NCBI GenBank assembly: GCA_902363335.1
Contig: CABIZV010000004.1
Location: 411,941 to 443,940 of the forward strand
Origin: Enterobacteriaceae bacterium
GTDB taxonomy: Bacteria > Pseudomonadota > Gammaproteobacteria > Enterobacterales > Enterobacteriaceae
Reading direction: 5' to 3'
Length of the DNA stretch: 32,000 bases
In this document: positions 1-9,646 of the stretch, piece after piece
Position numbering within the stretch: the stretch's first letter is position 1
How the letters are laid out: each line of letters starts with the position of its first letter
Translations under genes and position numbers: made by a program
Notes under the pieces: generated by a model
Told to the model about the DNA's origin: nothing
Databases searched by the model: none
Seen by the model: the letters and a program-made list of their open reading frames with translations, nothing else

Positions 1-919
1 GCACTAAAGTCCGTGCCAGCGTGTCCGCAACCAGTAACAGGCTGGCACCGGCAAGCGTTGAACACGGTAGCAGCCAGCGGTGATCGGCACCGATGGTCAT
101 GCGGATAAGATGCGGGACAACAAGGCCAATAAAGCCAATAACCCCGCTCACTGACACGGCCGCCCCCACCAGAAGTGAGCTCAGCAGCAGGAGTTGCTGG
201 CGCTTACGTTTGACGTTAACGCCGAGGTAGTGTGCTTCTTCATCGCCAAGCTGAAGAAGATTTAAGGTATTTGCCAGCCAGCCGGTGACAACCATGGCTG
301 GAAGGGCAAAGGAGGTGGCGACCAGCAGCGTCGGCCATTGCGCTTGTCCGAGGCTGCCCATCATCCACAGCGTCAGCTGCCGCAGCTGCTGCTCGTCGCC
401 CACATAGCTCAGCACTCCGATTGCGGCGCCGCATAGGGCGTTAATGGCGATACCGGCAAGCAGAAGCTGCATCATTCCGCCGTGGGTATGACGCAGGCTA
501 ATCAGGAAAATCACCGCGCAGACCACCAGGCTGCCCACTACTGCGAAAATCATCTGTTCATACAGCAGGAAAACCGCCGGCAGCGAAATGGGAAAAACGA
601 TCGCCACACCAACCATCAGCGCAGAACCGCTGCTGACGCCAAGCAGGCCGGGGTCGGCCATGGGATTACGAAACAGCCCTTGCATAATCACGCCCGCCGT
701 TGCCAGCGCGCCGCCGACCAGCACCGCCAACAGGACTCGCGGGAGGCGAATGTTGACCCAGATATCGAAATATTGGGCGTCCCGTAAAGAAGCGAAGCTA
801 ATTTTGAGCGCACCCTGACTGGCGCCAACCAGCACAAGCGTCGCCAGTATTAATAGCAGGCCAATAAAAACGCTCAAGGAAGATAGAGAATCCTTAAACA
901 CGCAAATCTCCAAAGACAT
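1..919 (-). CDS. hmuU: Hemin ABC transporter permease, FecCD family (truncated by window edge)
   Basis: Not in the supplied ORF track because it runs off the left edge. Manual reverse translation from the ATG at 919..917 gives MSLEICVFKDSLSSLSVFIGLLLILATLVLVGASQGALKIS...NIRLPRVLLAVLVGGALATAGVIMQGLFRNPMADPGLLGVSSGSALMVG, a classic FecCD permease motif. The frame stays open to base 1. Confidence 0.88.
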   Translation of the reverse strand, partial: MSLEICVFKDSLSSLSVFIGLLLILATLVLVGASQGALKISFASLRDAQYFDIWVNIRLPRVLLAVLVGGALATAGVIMQGLFRNPMADPGLLGVSSGSALMVGVAIVFPISLPAVFLLYEQMIFAVVGSLVVCAVIFLISLRHTHGGMMQLLLAGIAINALCGAAIGVLSYVGDEQQLRQLTLWMMGSLGQAQWPTLLVATSFALPAMVVTGWLANTLNLLQLGDEEAHYLGVNVKRKRQQLLLLSSLLVGAAVSVSGVIGFIGLVVPHLIRMTIGADHRWLLPCSTLAGASLLLVADTLARTLV

Positions 920-953
920 CGTTGCGACGCCGTTTGCCAGCGCCGCATGGGGA

Positions 954-1577
954 TCAGACTGGTTTAAGCTCAGGCTCAACCAGGCTATAAACCTGCTGGT
1001 TAAGCGCCGGGGCGCTCGCCAGCGCCTGAATGTGCGCGGCGACGTCAGCGCGCTGCACAAAACCGTGCACTTCCTGCTGCTGGATGCGCTGCGCTTTACC
1101 GCTGGCCTCGCCGTTCTGCAAGCCACCAGGTCGGAGGATGGCGAAGTCCAGCGTGCTGGTTTGCAGCCAGCTTTCCGCCAGCGATTTTTCTCTGACGGCC
1201 CGGCCAAACGCGGCTTTCGCGCGCGCCGACAGGAATGGCCAGCTATCGCCGCAGCCTAACGAGGTGACGAGGATCATGCGGCTGATACCCGCTTTTTCTG
1301 CCTCATCGATAACCGTGCGATGCGCCAGATAATCCTGTGCGCCGCCCATGGTGGAGATAACGGTAGCCGCCGTTCCCGCAGCCTGGCAGGCCTGGGCGAC
1401 GATATGGCTGTCGCAGGCGTCACCGATAAAGACATCGACGCCTTTGGCCTTTAGGCGTGCGGCTGCTTCGAGATGACGCACCAGCGCCACCACCGGACGG
1501 TTTTCGGCCAGCGCCAGCTCCACGGTTAATGCGCCGACACCGTTGCCGCCCGCGCCAAAAATCAACCACGGGCTCAT
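954..1577 (-). CDS. NAD(P)-binding Rossmann oxidoreductase, ChuY-like (anaerobilin reductase candidate)
   Basis: N-terminal glycine-rich FGAGGNGVGALT nucleotide-binding motif; 207 aa; sits between HutX and the permease in a heme operon, the position of ChuY. Confidence 0.75.
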   Translation of the reverse strand: MSPWLIFGAGGNGVGALTVELALAENRPVVALVRHLEAAARLKAKGVDVFIGDACDSHIVAQACQAAGTAATVISTMGGAQDYLAHRTVIDEAEKAGISRMILVTSLGCGDSWPFLSARAKAAFGRAVREKSLAESWLQTSTLDFAILRPGGLQNGEASGKAQRIQQQEVHGFVQRADVAAHIQALASAPALNQQVYSLVEPELKPV

Positions 1578-2074
1578 CAGGCATCTCCTTTCAGCACGGC
1601 TGCCAATGTGCGGAAGGCATCAACCTGTTCACCCAGCAGTTGGCGATGGTCATCGCGGCCGAGGAAGATTTTAAACATCGCGCTTCCGGCGGCGTTAAAG
1701 AACAGGATTGAGGCCGTGTCCATCGCCATAAATTTGCGCTCTACCAGCGCGATGTGGGTGCAGTTTTCCGCTTTGATGTGCCCGGTCATGCCTTTTTTAC
1801 CGCGCAGGTTAAAGTAACCGTGGCGATGGAAGCCGGATGGCAGTTCGCCGGTAAATTCCAGAATCACGTCAGCGGAATGCACAAGTGTCGTCACTTTGCC
1901 CCACTCGCAAACGGTATCCCAGACGAGGTCGAATTTGTCGCCCGTCACAAGCGTATGGGAAGGCAGATTTTTGACCACCTCCAGCAGCGTGGTGTTGTAC
2001 TGTCCGGCGATAGCTTCCAGCGTGCCGTCCGGCTCAGTTTTTAAAAATTCAGCTAAGGAAACGTTGCTCATCAT
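1577..2074 (-). CDS. hutX: Heme utilization cytosolic carrier protein HutX/ChuX
   Basis: 165 aa; sequence pattern HSADVILEFTGELPSGFHRHGYFNLRGKKGMTGHI...IALVERKFMAMDTASILFFN typical of HutX/HuvX; operon context. Confidence 0.85.
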   Translation of the reverse strand: MMSNVSLAEFLKTEPDGTLEAIAGQYNTTLLEVVKNLPSHTLVTGDKFDLVWDTVCEWGKVTTLVHSADVILEFTGELPSGFHRHGYFNLRGKKGMTGHIKAENCTHIALVERKFMAMDTASILFFNAAGSAMFKIFLGRDDHRQLLGEQVDAFRTLAAVLKGDA

Positions 2075-2083
2075 GAACTCCTG

Positions 2084-3427
2084 TTATGGGGTTTCTACCG
2101 CAATGCGCGGCGCGTTAAGCTCCTGAATAAGTTCATCAAGAGACTGTAAAATATTGCTCGCCCAGAAGCGGCCTTCATTGGTCAGCCGCAGGCAGGTTGT
2201 CTCGTCCTGAGTCAACCCGGCCCGGTGCCACTGTGCCAGCAGCGGCGCGAGTCTGGCGGCGTGTGGGGTTAACGCATCCAGCGGGACACGTGCGGTTTCC
2301 ACCCCGGCCTGCAAGGTGTGGCGCCACTGGAAGTGCCCCCCTGCGGTACGCATCATCATCATCAGCGGCTTTTGTCCGTCGGCGATAGACTGGTGCCATT
2401 TTTCGAGATTGCGCTCCACCATCCATGAATAGCCGTTGATTGAGCCACCGGCCCCCGAACCGATTGCCAGACAATCAGCGCCTTGTTTAATGAGTAAATT
2501 GTAGAGGTTGCGCTCGCGTGCCGTGCGCGCCCAGTGGCTGTTGCTAATGCAGCGCCAGCCTGCTTGATCCATAAAATCACACCCCTGAAGATAGAGATCG
2601 CGGCGCTCAGCCGGTTGCGGCACGGCGGTACGTCCATTTTCAACGGCCTTGCCGAGCGGCGTGTTGGGCAGTAGGTTGAGGGCGTAAAGATCAACACCGT
2701 CGAGTCCGATATCGCGGGCAATCGCCAGATCCTCGCCCCACAATCTGGCGTCCTGACCCGGCAGGCCGAACAGCAGGTCGCATACCACGGCGGCGCGATC
2801 CCGGCGCACCAGCCCTTCCATAAAGGCGATAGCGGTAGGGCCATCGGAGGTGCGGGCCATCTTTTTACGGATTTTGCTGTTAAACGACTGAATGCCAATA
2901 GAGAAGCGGTTGGCCCCGGCGTCCAGACAGGCGTCAATACGCGCGTCGTCGAAATTCAGCACCCGGCCTTCAATGGTGATTTCACAGTCCGGGGCCAGCG
3001 GCAGGCGTTCCCGTAAAGTGGTAATGATCCGTGCCAGATTACGAGCGCTGAGGGCCGATGGCGTACCGCCGCCAAAATAGATGGCGTGAATAGGCGCGGA
3101 CTGGTGCAGCACGCTATCGGCTTCCATCTCAATTTCCCGCAGCAGCGCGTCGGTGTAGCGTTCACTGCGATCTTCTTCATAACGGTTCTGGTAGAAACCG
3201 CAGAACGTGCAGTGGGTCGCACAGAACGGAATATGCAGATACAGCAGACGTTTACGCGGCGGCGTAGTCTGGCTGAGAACCTCCTGCCAGGTTTGCGCCA
3301 GCTGTTCTTTGGCAATCGGAATAGCGCCGCGCCAGGGCATGGTTGCCCGGCGATCCTTAAAGGGTTGACCGCCTTCCAGAGCAAAGTGAGGCGTTAAATC
3401 CAGTTCGTTTGTCGTAGTATCTCTCAC
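2084..3427 (-). CDS. hutW: Heme anaerobic degradation radical SAM methyltransferase ChuW/HutW
   Basis: 447 aa HemN-like protein with radical SAM CX3CX2C motif (HIPFCATHCTFCGFYQNRY) plus GGGTPSALS; adjacent to hutX. Confidence 0.87.
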   Translation of the reverse strand: MRDTTTNELDLTPHFALEGGQPFKDRRATMPWRGAIPIAKEQLAQTWQEVLSQTTPPRKRLLYLHIPFCATHCTFCGFYQNRYEEDRSERYTDALLREIEMEADSVLHQSAPIHAIYFGGGTPSALSARNLARIITTLRERLPLAPDCEITIEGRVLNFDDARIDACLDAGANRFSIGIQSFNSKIRKKMARTSDGPTAIAFMEGLVRRDRAAVVCDLLFGLPGQDARLWGEDLAIARDIGLDGVDLYALNLLPNTPLGKAVENGRTAVPQPAERRDLYLQGCDFMDQAGWRCISNSHWARTARERNLYNLLIKQGADCLAIGSGAGGSINGYSWMVERNLEKWHQSIADGQKPLMMMMRTAGGHFQWRHTLQAGVETARVPLDALTPHAARLAPLLAQWHRAGLTQDETTCLRLTNEGRFWASNILQSLDELIQELNAPRIAVETP

Positions 3428-3444
3428 GGGTATATCAACGTCCT

Positions 3445-4284
3445 TTAGTGTGGCCAGAACTGGCGATGCAGTGTTTCAACGGCGTCGGCGACGCGTGGTC
3501 CCATCCCCAGGATCAGCGCCTGATCGATGATGACGATCCGCTGATTTTTCCATGCTGCGGTGTGGGTGATCCCCGCAATCGTGCTCAGGCGGTTGAGATC
3601 GCCGCCGATCATTTGCGAGGTGACGATAATGACTTCAGGGTTGGCAGCAATCAGAGCTTCTGCGCTATAGCTGCGGTACTGTGGGTGCTTCGCCACGTTT
3701 TGCGCCCCGGCAAGCGTCATCACGGCGTCGGCAACGCTGCCTTTTCCCGCTACCTGCGGTGCACTGCCGCCCGCGCTTAAAATAAACAACGCTCTAACCG
3801 GTGCCGGTTTGCTGGCGCTGCTTTGCGCAACTTTTGCCAGACGTTGGCGAAGGTCGTTTATCAGGGCTTTTCCCTGTTCTTGTGCGCCAAGACTTTCTGC
3901 CAGCGTATCAATATTGGCGTACATCTGAGCGACGGTCGCCGGGATGCGCGGCAGAGTAATCACCTGCACTTTCTGCGCCCGCAGTTGGTCAAACACCAGC
4001 TGCGGCCCGGCATCCTGCCAGGTGATAAAGCTATCCGGGCGCAGTGACAAAATGCCTTCGCTGCTAAGCTGTTTCCAGTAGCCGATATGCGGTATTGCAT
4101 CGGTTTGCGGCGGGAATGACGTGGTTTCATCCACCCCGACCACGCGGTTGCCTGCGCCCATGGCATAGATCAATTCGGTAAGCGAACCGCCAGCAACCAC
4201 TATCCTCTGTGCCGCCTGCACGTTGAATGCGCAGACCAGCGCCAGTAATCCGAGAGCCAGTTTTTTCATCATCAGAAGTTCCAC
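3445..4284 (-). CDS. hmuT: Hemin ABC transporter substrate-binding protein
   Basis: Signal peptide MKKLALGLLALVCAFNVQAA; RIVVAGGSLTELIYAMGAGNRVVGVDETTSFP pattern of HmuT-type periplasmic binding proteins; overlaps the receptor gene by 13 bp. Confidence 0.85.
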   Translation of the reverse strand: MELLMMKKLALGLLALVCAFNVQAAQRIVVAGGSLTELIYAMGAGNRVVGVDETTSFPPQTDAIPHIGYWKQLSSEGILSLRPDSFITWQDAGPQLVFDQLRAQKVQVITLPRIPATVAQMYANIDTLAESLGAQEQGKALINDLRQRLAKVAQSSASKPAPVRALFILSAGGSAPQVAGKGSVADAVMTLAGAQNVAKHPQYRSYSAEALIAANPEVIIVTSQMIGGDLNRLSTIAGITHTAAWKNQRIVIIDQALILGMGPRVADAVETLHRQFWPH

Positions 4285-6407
4285 GCAAAGCCAACAGCCG
4301 CGTTAAAGCCTGCCGCAGGAATGGATTCATGCGCCGTGCGATAGCGTTTGTCAGTTAGGTTGTTGAGGGCCAGATTGACTTGATACTGGTCGTTCGCCCC
4401 GAATTCGGTATTCACCGCCAGGTTTAGCGTCGCCCAGCCCGGCGAGCGGACTTCTTTTGTCCCCGTGTCATCTTTGGCGCTGGAGGCCGCGCGGATGTAG
4501 ACGTCAGAGGTGACGTTCGCGACGTTTAGCATCAGCGTGTGCTTGAGGCCTACGCGGCCGTTGACGCTGGGTTCACCGGTGTTAGTGGTTTTCAGCGTCT
4601 GGCCTTCATACTGGCGACGGAGAAGGTTGCCGCTGATGTACGGCGACACGGCCCAGCCGTTGTACTCTGCGCTCAGCTCTACGCCCCAGGTTTTGGCGCG
4701 GTCGATGTTGTCGTAGTAGTAATAGCCCCCACGGGAGGAGGTGCTGTTTCCGTTGCACAGTGCCTGGCCTGAACAGGCGAGGCTGGCGATGTAGTCTTTG
4801 GCTTCTGAGTAATAGACCGCGCCATCAACCATCCACAAATTGCCGTTGTAACGGGCGCCCAGCTCGTAGTTGTTGGAGTGTTCGGCTTTGAGGTCCGGGT
4901 TGCCATAGGTGGTGCCGCCTCCGGCTGCGGTTTGCATAAACAGCTGGCTGAGCGTGGGGAAGACGTAGCCTTGCGCAAAGGCGGCGCGCAGTTCTACGTT
5001 GTCAAAACCGGCGTAGCGCAGGCTGGTGGCGGTAACCAGTTCATTATCATGTGCTGATTGTTCCGCGAGTGAGGTATCGGTGGTGATGCCTTTGGTGGTG
5101 GATTGCGCATCGCCGCGCGTGAGTTTTGATGATAGCCAGTACTGGCGAGCCCCCAGCGTCCACGTCCAGTTGTCGGCAAAACGCCATTCATTTTGGGCGA
5201 ACAGCGAAGCGTTGCTTTGTTCAGACTCATTGTAAGCGCGGGTACGCGTTTCGACGTTTACCAGGCCAGTGAGTGATTTCTGGCTGGTGAAACCGTTGGA
5301 AGTCTGGGATACCCGGTCGCGTTGGTACTGCGCGCCCAGCACGAGGTCGTTATTGGCGGGCAGAGTGAAATTACTCTGTAATGTCACGCCCTGGGTGTAC
5401 TGCTTATCATGCGTTTGGGTCTGGTTATGTACCGTCAACGCTTGAATCATCGGGCTTGGGATAATCTGGGTGGTGGCGACTTCGTTTTCAAATTTCCGGT
5501 CGATGGTTTGTTCGTAGGCGTCGATATGGATTTTTTTTAGGTAATCGCCGTCGATATCAACGTCGTAAAACAGACCGATCTTCTCACGCTCAAGTTTTGG
5601 GATCTTAACGCTAAAGGCATCATATTCACCGTCTGGATCCTCAAAATAGGTTTGCGTGCTGAGCTTATAGCGGTCCAGCGATAAGCCAAAATGCTGGTTA
5701 TCGAGGTTGTAACCGAGCCAGACGCCCTGACCATTATTACGGAAGTTTGTATTAGGTAAACGGCCATCCGGCGTATCGCGATCGCCCTGATCGGAATAGC
5801 TACCGTTAATGCGGTAATCCAATTGCCCGATGCTGCCCCACGCTGCGGCGGACTCTTCCCAGCCAGCATTGGCCGAGTTGTAGACCGCTTTTACCGTCCC
5901 AGCGAGTGGCTTGTCGCCACCTTTTTTGGTAATAAAGTTCACCACGCCGCCGATAGCCTGCGAGCCATACAGTACGGAGTAGGGCCCTTTTACAACCTCA
6001 ATACGTTCAAGCGATGATTCATCAATTAGCAGGCCACCGCCATAGTTCTGCCCGGCGCGTTGGTAGGTAACTTCCTGCCCGTCGATAAGAATCAGTACGC
6101 GCGATGAGGCCTCGCCGCGGATGCGGATTTGCTTACGACCGGCCAGCGCATTGTCGGTCACTTCCACGCCCGGTATGTCCTGAAGATCATCAGCAATGGA
6201 GGTGTTAGTTGAGTTTTTAAGCGTCTGCTGGTCGATAACCTGCATGGTTGCCGCGCTTTCCCAAAGGCTGCTCTCTGAGCGGCTGGCGGTAACCACAAGG
6301 GTTTCATCTTTGTGTGAAGCGGAAGCCGTCGCGGCGATAACGGCACCAGAGATAAACAGTGGCAGGGCGGAGAGTACCCATGATCCCCGGGTAATGGAGT
6401 GCTGCAT
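4272..6407 (-). CDS. hmuR: TonB-dependent hemin/hemoglobin outer-membrane receptor
   Basis: 711 aa; signal peptide, TonB box DETLVVTAS, plug IPGVEVTDNALAGRKQIRIRGEASSRVLILIDGQEV, terminal aromatic residue (AVGFAWNF); heme operon context. Confidence 0.85.
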   Translation of the reverse strand: MQHSITRGSWVLSALPLFISGAVIAATASASHKDETLVVTASRSESSLWESAATMQVIDQQTLKNSTNTSIADDLQDIPGVEVTDNALAGRKQIRIRGEASSRVLILIDGQEVTYQRAGQNYGGGLLIDESSLERIEVVKGPYSVLYGSQAIGGVVNFITKKGGDKPLAGTVKAVYNSANAGWEESAAAWGSIGQLDYRINGSYSDQGDRDTPDGRLPNTNFRNNGQGVWLGYNLDNQHFGLSLDRYKLSTQTYFEDPDGEYDAFSVKIPKLEREKIGLFYDVDIDGDYLKKIHIDAYEQTIDRKFENEVATTQIIPSPMIQALTVHNQTQTHDKQYTQGVTLQSNFTLPANNDLVLGAQYQRDRVSQTSNGFTSQKSLTGLVNVETRTRAYNESEQSNASLFAQNEWRFADNWTWTLGARQYWLSSKLTRGDAQSTTKGITTDTSLAEQSAHDNELVTATSLRYAGFDNVELRAAFAQGYVFPTLSQLFMQTAAGGGTTYGNPDLKAEHSNNYELGARYNGNLWMVDGAVYYSEAKDYIASLACSGQALCNGNSTSSRGGYYYYDNIDRAKTWGVELSAEYNGWAVSPYISGNLLRRQYEGQTLKTTNTGEPSVNGRVGLKHTLMLNVANVTSDVYIRAASSAKDDTGTKEVRSPGWATLNLAVNTEFGANDQYQVNLALNNLTDKRYRTAHESIPAAGFNAAVGFAWNF

Positions 6408-6417
6408 CGTTAACCCT

Positions 6418-6466
6418 ATGAATAATTATTGAATGATAATAAGAATTAATATCAATAAGATTCTCA
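6418..6466 (-). promoter_or_regulatory. Putative Fur-binding region upstream of the hemin receptor
   Basis: Sequence gaataattattgaatgataataagaattaatatcaataagattctcat just upstream of the receptor start resembles overlapping Fur-box (GATAATGATAATCATTATC) half sites. Confidence 0.5.
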
Positions 6467-6689
6467 TATGTGGATATTGGACGTCTAGCCAAGAAGGTAT
6501 AATCGAGATGCATCTTTGATTTGTATCAATTTATGACTGTGAATGAGCAGTGAATTGTGATGTTGATCACTGCAATAGTGAGGATAATGAAAGGGTTATT
6601 GAGGGAAGTTTAATGTCAGAGGGTGGCGGTAATAAAAGATAAGGCAGCAGTACCCGGATTGAGTCACCCGGGATCGCGGCAGGAGAGCT

Positions 6690-6935
6690 TCATTCGTTTT
6701 CAGTTAACCACATTTCTGCTTCTTCAAACATCTCCTGCACGGCACGGCTAATTTGCTCTTTCTCATGTTTGCTGGCATCGGTGTTGATACCGGGCAGCGT
6801 CATCATCGGTTTAACGCGTACGTCTGCATCCGGGAAAATGCGATGCACTCGTTTGGTTAATTCATTGAGAATAGTTTCTTTGGCGCCGGGAAGACCTTCA
6901 AAATTACGCTTGTCATAAACGAGCTCGACGAACAT
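6690..6935 (-). CDS. DinI-like family protein
   Basis: 81 aa MFVELVYDKRN...ILNELTKRVHRIFPDADVRVKPMMTLPGINTDASKHEKEQISRAVQEMFEEAEMWL, DinI/MsgA-like; preceded by a LexA box. Confidence 0.85.
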   Translation of the reverse strand: MFVELVYDKRNFEGLPGAKETILNELTKRVHRIFPDADVRVKPMMTLPGINTDASKHEKEQISRAVQEMFEEAEMWLTENE

Positions 6936-6975
6936 GTTGCTGACATCCTTAAGTTAGGTATATTGTGGTTATTTA

Positions 6976-6995
6976 TACTGTGTTTTTATCCAGTG
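6976..6995 (-). promoter_or_regulatory. LexA-binding site (SOS box) for the DinI-like gene
   Basis: TACTGTGTTTTTATCCAGTG contains CTG-N10-CAG and closely matches the TACTGTATATATATACAGTA consensus; about 40 bp upstream of the start codon. Confidence 0.85.
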
Positions 6996-7315
6996 TCAAG
7001 TGGTCGGTAAAGTATAAGCAGTCTTGTTGTGAAGTCGGCGTGGTCAGCATTAAATAAACGACGTGAGGGAATGGCATTGAAATCACCATGCGCTCAAAGT
7101 CAAAGGTCAGCGTCACCTTGCCTTTGTTGCCATTGTTCAGTACGCCCAGAGCGGTGTTGTTTGGTGCCGCGCGTACAGAACTCCATGTAAGAGCATGACA
7201 CCGACAGCACCACAGGGCAGAAATGCAAAACGATTTATGATAAATCATGGGGGATTAGCGGTTAAATCGCTGCCTCGTGTTTTTTACAACCGAGCGTTTT
7301 TATCTACAGAGCTTA

Positions 7316-8470
7316 TCAACCCCAGCCTTGTTTACTACGACGGATATAAGGTAATACGGATAATAAAGCCAGAACTGCTAATATCATTCCAATCCATAAA
7401 GCTGAACGTAAACCGAATCCTGATGAAATGGCCATTCCACCTAGATAAGAACCCCCCCCTAATCCAATATTGATAACGGAAGTATGAACGGCATTGACCA
7501 TTGGGCCAGGATGCGCAACGCTGACAATTCTTGCCATCATTGCTGGATTCATTGGCACACCTGATAGACCGATAAGTATGACAGCCAGAATAGCAATAAC
7601 CTGATATTGCACAAACAGTGCCATGCCGAGCAAAGAAATACTTAATATAGTTAATCCGACAACCATGACCGCTAAACTATGGCGATATGCAAGACGGCCT
7701 GTCACCATATTCCCGATAATATTGGCTAAGCCATAAAGCATCAGAATGAAGGGGACTGTCTGCATTGTAAATCCACTGACATCAGTCAGCACGGGAACAA
7801 AATAACTGAATGCCGCAAAACTTGCGCCCAAAATCAAACAGCTGGTTGCACAGGCTTTCCAATAGGCTTTATTTTTAAATGCCTTAATTTCTTCAGACAT
7901 CTTGATAGCACAACCGCCGCTCATCTGTGGCAATAAACGTACTAATGCTAACAGGCATATGAGAACCAGAACCGCGACCAGCCCAAAACTCATTTTCCAG
8001 CCCCAGTGCTGGTCAATGATAGTCGCGATAGGTACACCAAAGACATTGGATACCATAAAACCTGCGATCACTATTGATGCGGCACGAGGGCGATTTTCTA
8101 CAGAGACAAGAGCCATGCTTGTTGCAAGTGAAAGACTTAAACACCCTGCGCACAAAATACCTGTCACAATTCGAATGGCAACTAACACATTGTAATCAGA
8201 GACAAAGACGCTTAATCCTTGTACGAGAACATATAACCCTAATAGCCATAATAACGTTGCGCGATAGGGTGCTTTAAATTTAAGAAAGGCGTAGGTTAAT
8301 ACCGGGCCACCGAGCATTACACCGAATGCATAATATGAAATCAAATGCCCGACTTCGCCGACTGTAACGCCAAATGCTTCAGATAGCGTGGTCATCATAC
8401 CCGCCACCATTAACTCTGCTGTACCTAATGAAAAAATGGCCAACCCTAAAATATATACGACTAATGGCAT
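7316..8470 (-). CDS. Major facilitator superfamily transporter (AraJ/CmlA-like drug efflux type)
   Basis: 384 aa, about 12 hydrophobic segments, LGTAELMVAGMMTTLSEAFGVTVGEVGHLISYYAFGVMLGGP. Confidence 0.82.
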   Translation of the reverse strand: MPLVVYILGLAIFSLGTAELMVAGMMTTLSEAFGVTVGEVGHLISYYAFGVMLGGPVLTYAFLKFKAPYRATLLWLLGLYVLVQGLSVFVSDYNVLVAIRIVTGILCAGCLSLSLATSMALVSVENRPRAASIVIAGFMVSNVFGVPIATIIDQHWGWKMSFGLVAVLVLICLLALVRLLPQMSGGCAIKMSEEIKAFKNKAYWKACATSCLILGASFAAFSYFVPVLTDVSGFTMQTVPFILMLYGLANIIGNMVTGRLAYRHSLAVMVVGLTILSISLLGMALFVQYQVIAILAVILIGLSGVPMNPAMMARIVSVAHPGPMVNAVHTSVINIGLGGGSYLGGMAISSGFGLRSALWIGMILAVLALLSVLPYIRRSKQGWG

Positions 8471-8549
8471 GGATTTTTATTATCTCCCTGTATTGGAATG
8501 ATCGTTACAAAAATGGATGCAAGCAATTAATGAATTTTTACGCTTGAAT

Positions 8550-9152
8550 TTATAAGTTGATTAACAGACCAGCGACGACATCTTCGAGGATTTTTCTATC
8601 TGAAATGTTTTTATTCAGTACACGTAAACCGTAATAGCCTGCCATAAAGCCTCTCGCCATTTCGACGGCTGATGCTTTATTGCTTAGTTCACCGCTTTGT
8701 TGCCCTTCGATAAATACCGCCACCAACGTTTTTTCTAAATGCTGACGATATTCATTATTCAGGCTAGCAACGGCTTCATCTTTACTACCCATCTCCAGAG
8801 CTGAAAACAAGACCATTGCATCATGCTGTTCTGGCTGAGAAAGATCTTCGGCAATACCCCAGAGCAGGAGCGTATGCAATCGTTCTTTTACCGGGCCTGA
8901 TTGTGTGAGTATTGCTAACTGTGCTGACATAGTTTGTTCATGGCTACGCAACAAAGCTTGCTCGTACAGAGCTTGCTTGCTACCAAAGGCATTGTATAAG
9001 CTCCCCCGCCCCAATCCCGTACCATTGCATAAATCTTGCGCAGAGGTGCCTGCATAACCATTGGCGCTGAAAACAGCGACGGCAGCATCAATGACATCCT
9101 GATCTTCGAACTTTCGTGGACGACCCGGAAAGGTTGGTTTTACAGCACTCAT
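8550..9152 (-). CDS. TetR/AcrR family transcriptional regulator
   Basis: 200 aa; N-terminal HTH IDAAVAVFSANGYAGTSAQDLCNGTGLGRGSLYNAFGSKQALYEQAL; same strand as and directly upstream of the MFS gene. Confidence 0.88.
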   Translation of the reverse strand: MSAVKPTFPGRPRKFEDQDVIDAAVAVFSANGYAGTSAQDLCNGTGLGRGSLYNAFGSKQALYEQALLRSHEQTMSAQLAILTQSGPVKERLHTLLLWGIAEDLSQPEQHDAMVLFSALEMGSKDEAVASLNNEYRQHLEKTLVAVFIEGQQSGELSNKASAVEMARGFMAGYYGLRVLNKNISDRKILEDVVAGLLINL

Positions 9153-9552
9153 AGGGATGGGGGACTTGAAATGAGTTGAAGCGGCATAGTATTGATTATG
9201 GAACGATCAGTCAAATAATTTTCATAAAAAAATTAGCAGTGGTTCGTTGACCGATTTTCTTATGAATTGTTACGCATATCAGCTTTAGTTTTTACCCGGG
9301 ATGGCTACGTAATTGCTGGTGTAATTCCAATAAAGCCGTCGATTCTGCTAACCGGTCACGTGCATAGCGAAGCTCAATATTCAACCGGTCATTACCACCG
9401 AGTTGGTGAAGAGTCTCGAGCTTCTGAAGATGCTCAGGCGTGGCGGCGATTGGTTTATTAACCACAATGGCGGATACGTTACCTGGCGATATGGCTTCAA
9501 GCACGAGAAGCTATTGAAGTGAGGGAGTGGTTATCAGGACGGGTCAGAAGGC

Positions 9553-9646
9553 ACAAAAAAGCCCGCAAGGCTTGCGCCGTACGGGCTTTCAGGACTTCAT
9601 CGGATGACTCTGGTAATCACCGATGGAGAATTTTGGTGGGCTGGGG
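9553..9646 (+). repeat. Left long direct repeat including the 22-bp att core at 9625-9646
   Basis: 94-bp block aligning without gaps to 21318-21411 with 11 mismatches by manual count (about 88% identity); the last 22 bp are identical. Confidence 0.85.

Noticed and set aside
2362-2937. 191-aa ORF opposite frame context within hutW
   Set aside because: It lies entirely within the well-supported radical SAM gene in another frame; typical high-GC shadow ORF. The same applies to other internal ORFs in 1-9 kb and in alpha (for example 11173..11709 and 12153..12821).
6418-6466. Multiple independent Fur boxes upstream of the receptor
   Set aside because: The region is Fur-box-like, but the number and exact register of sites cannot be decided by eye; reported only as one putative region.
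6973-7248. 91-aa minus-strand ORF as a possible insertion sequence remnant
   Set aside because: No transposase motif or terminal inverted repeats recognised; not supported.
9267-9504. Overlapping small ORFs (9267..9461 + and 9292..9504 -) as genes
   Set aside because: No recognised domain. They could be remnants of an earlier gene or element left of attL, but sequence alone does not support either call.
9625-9646. att core as the 3' end of a tRNA or tmRNA
   Set aside because: The minus-strand core reads ccccagcccaccaaaattctcc and superficially contains CCACCA. There is no upstream T-loop (GGTTCGAATC-like) or acceptor pairing on either side.
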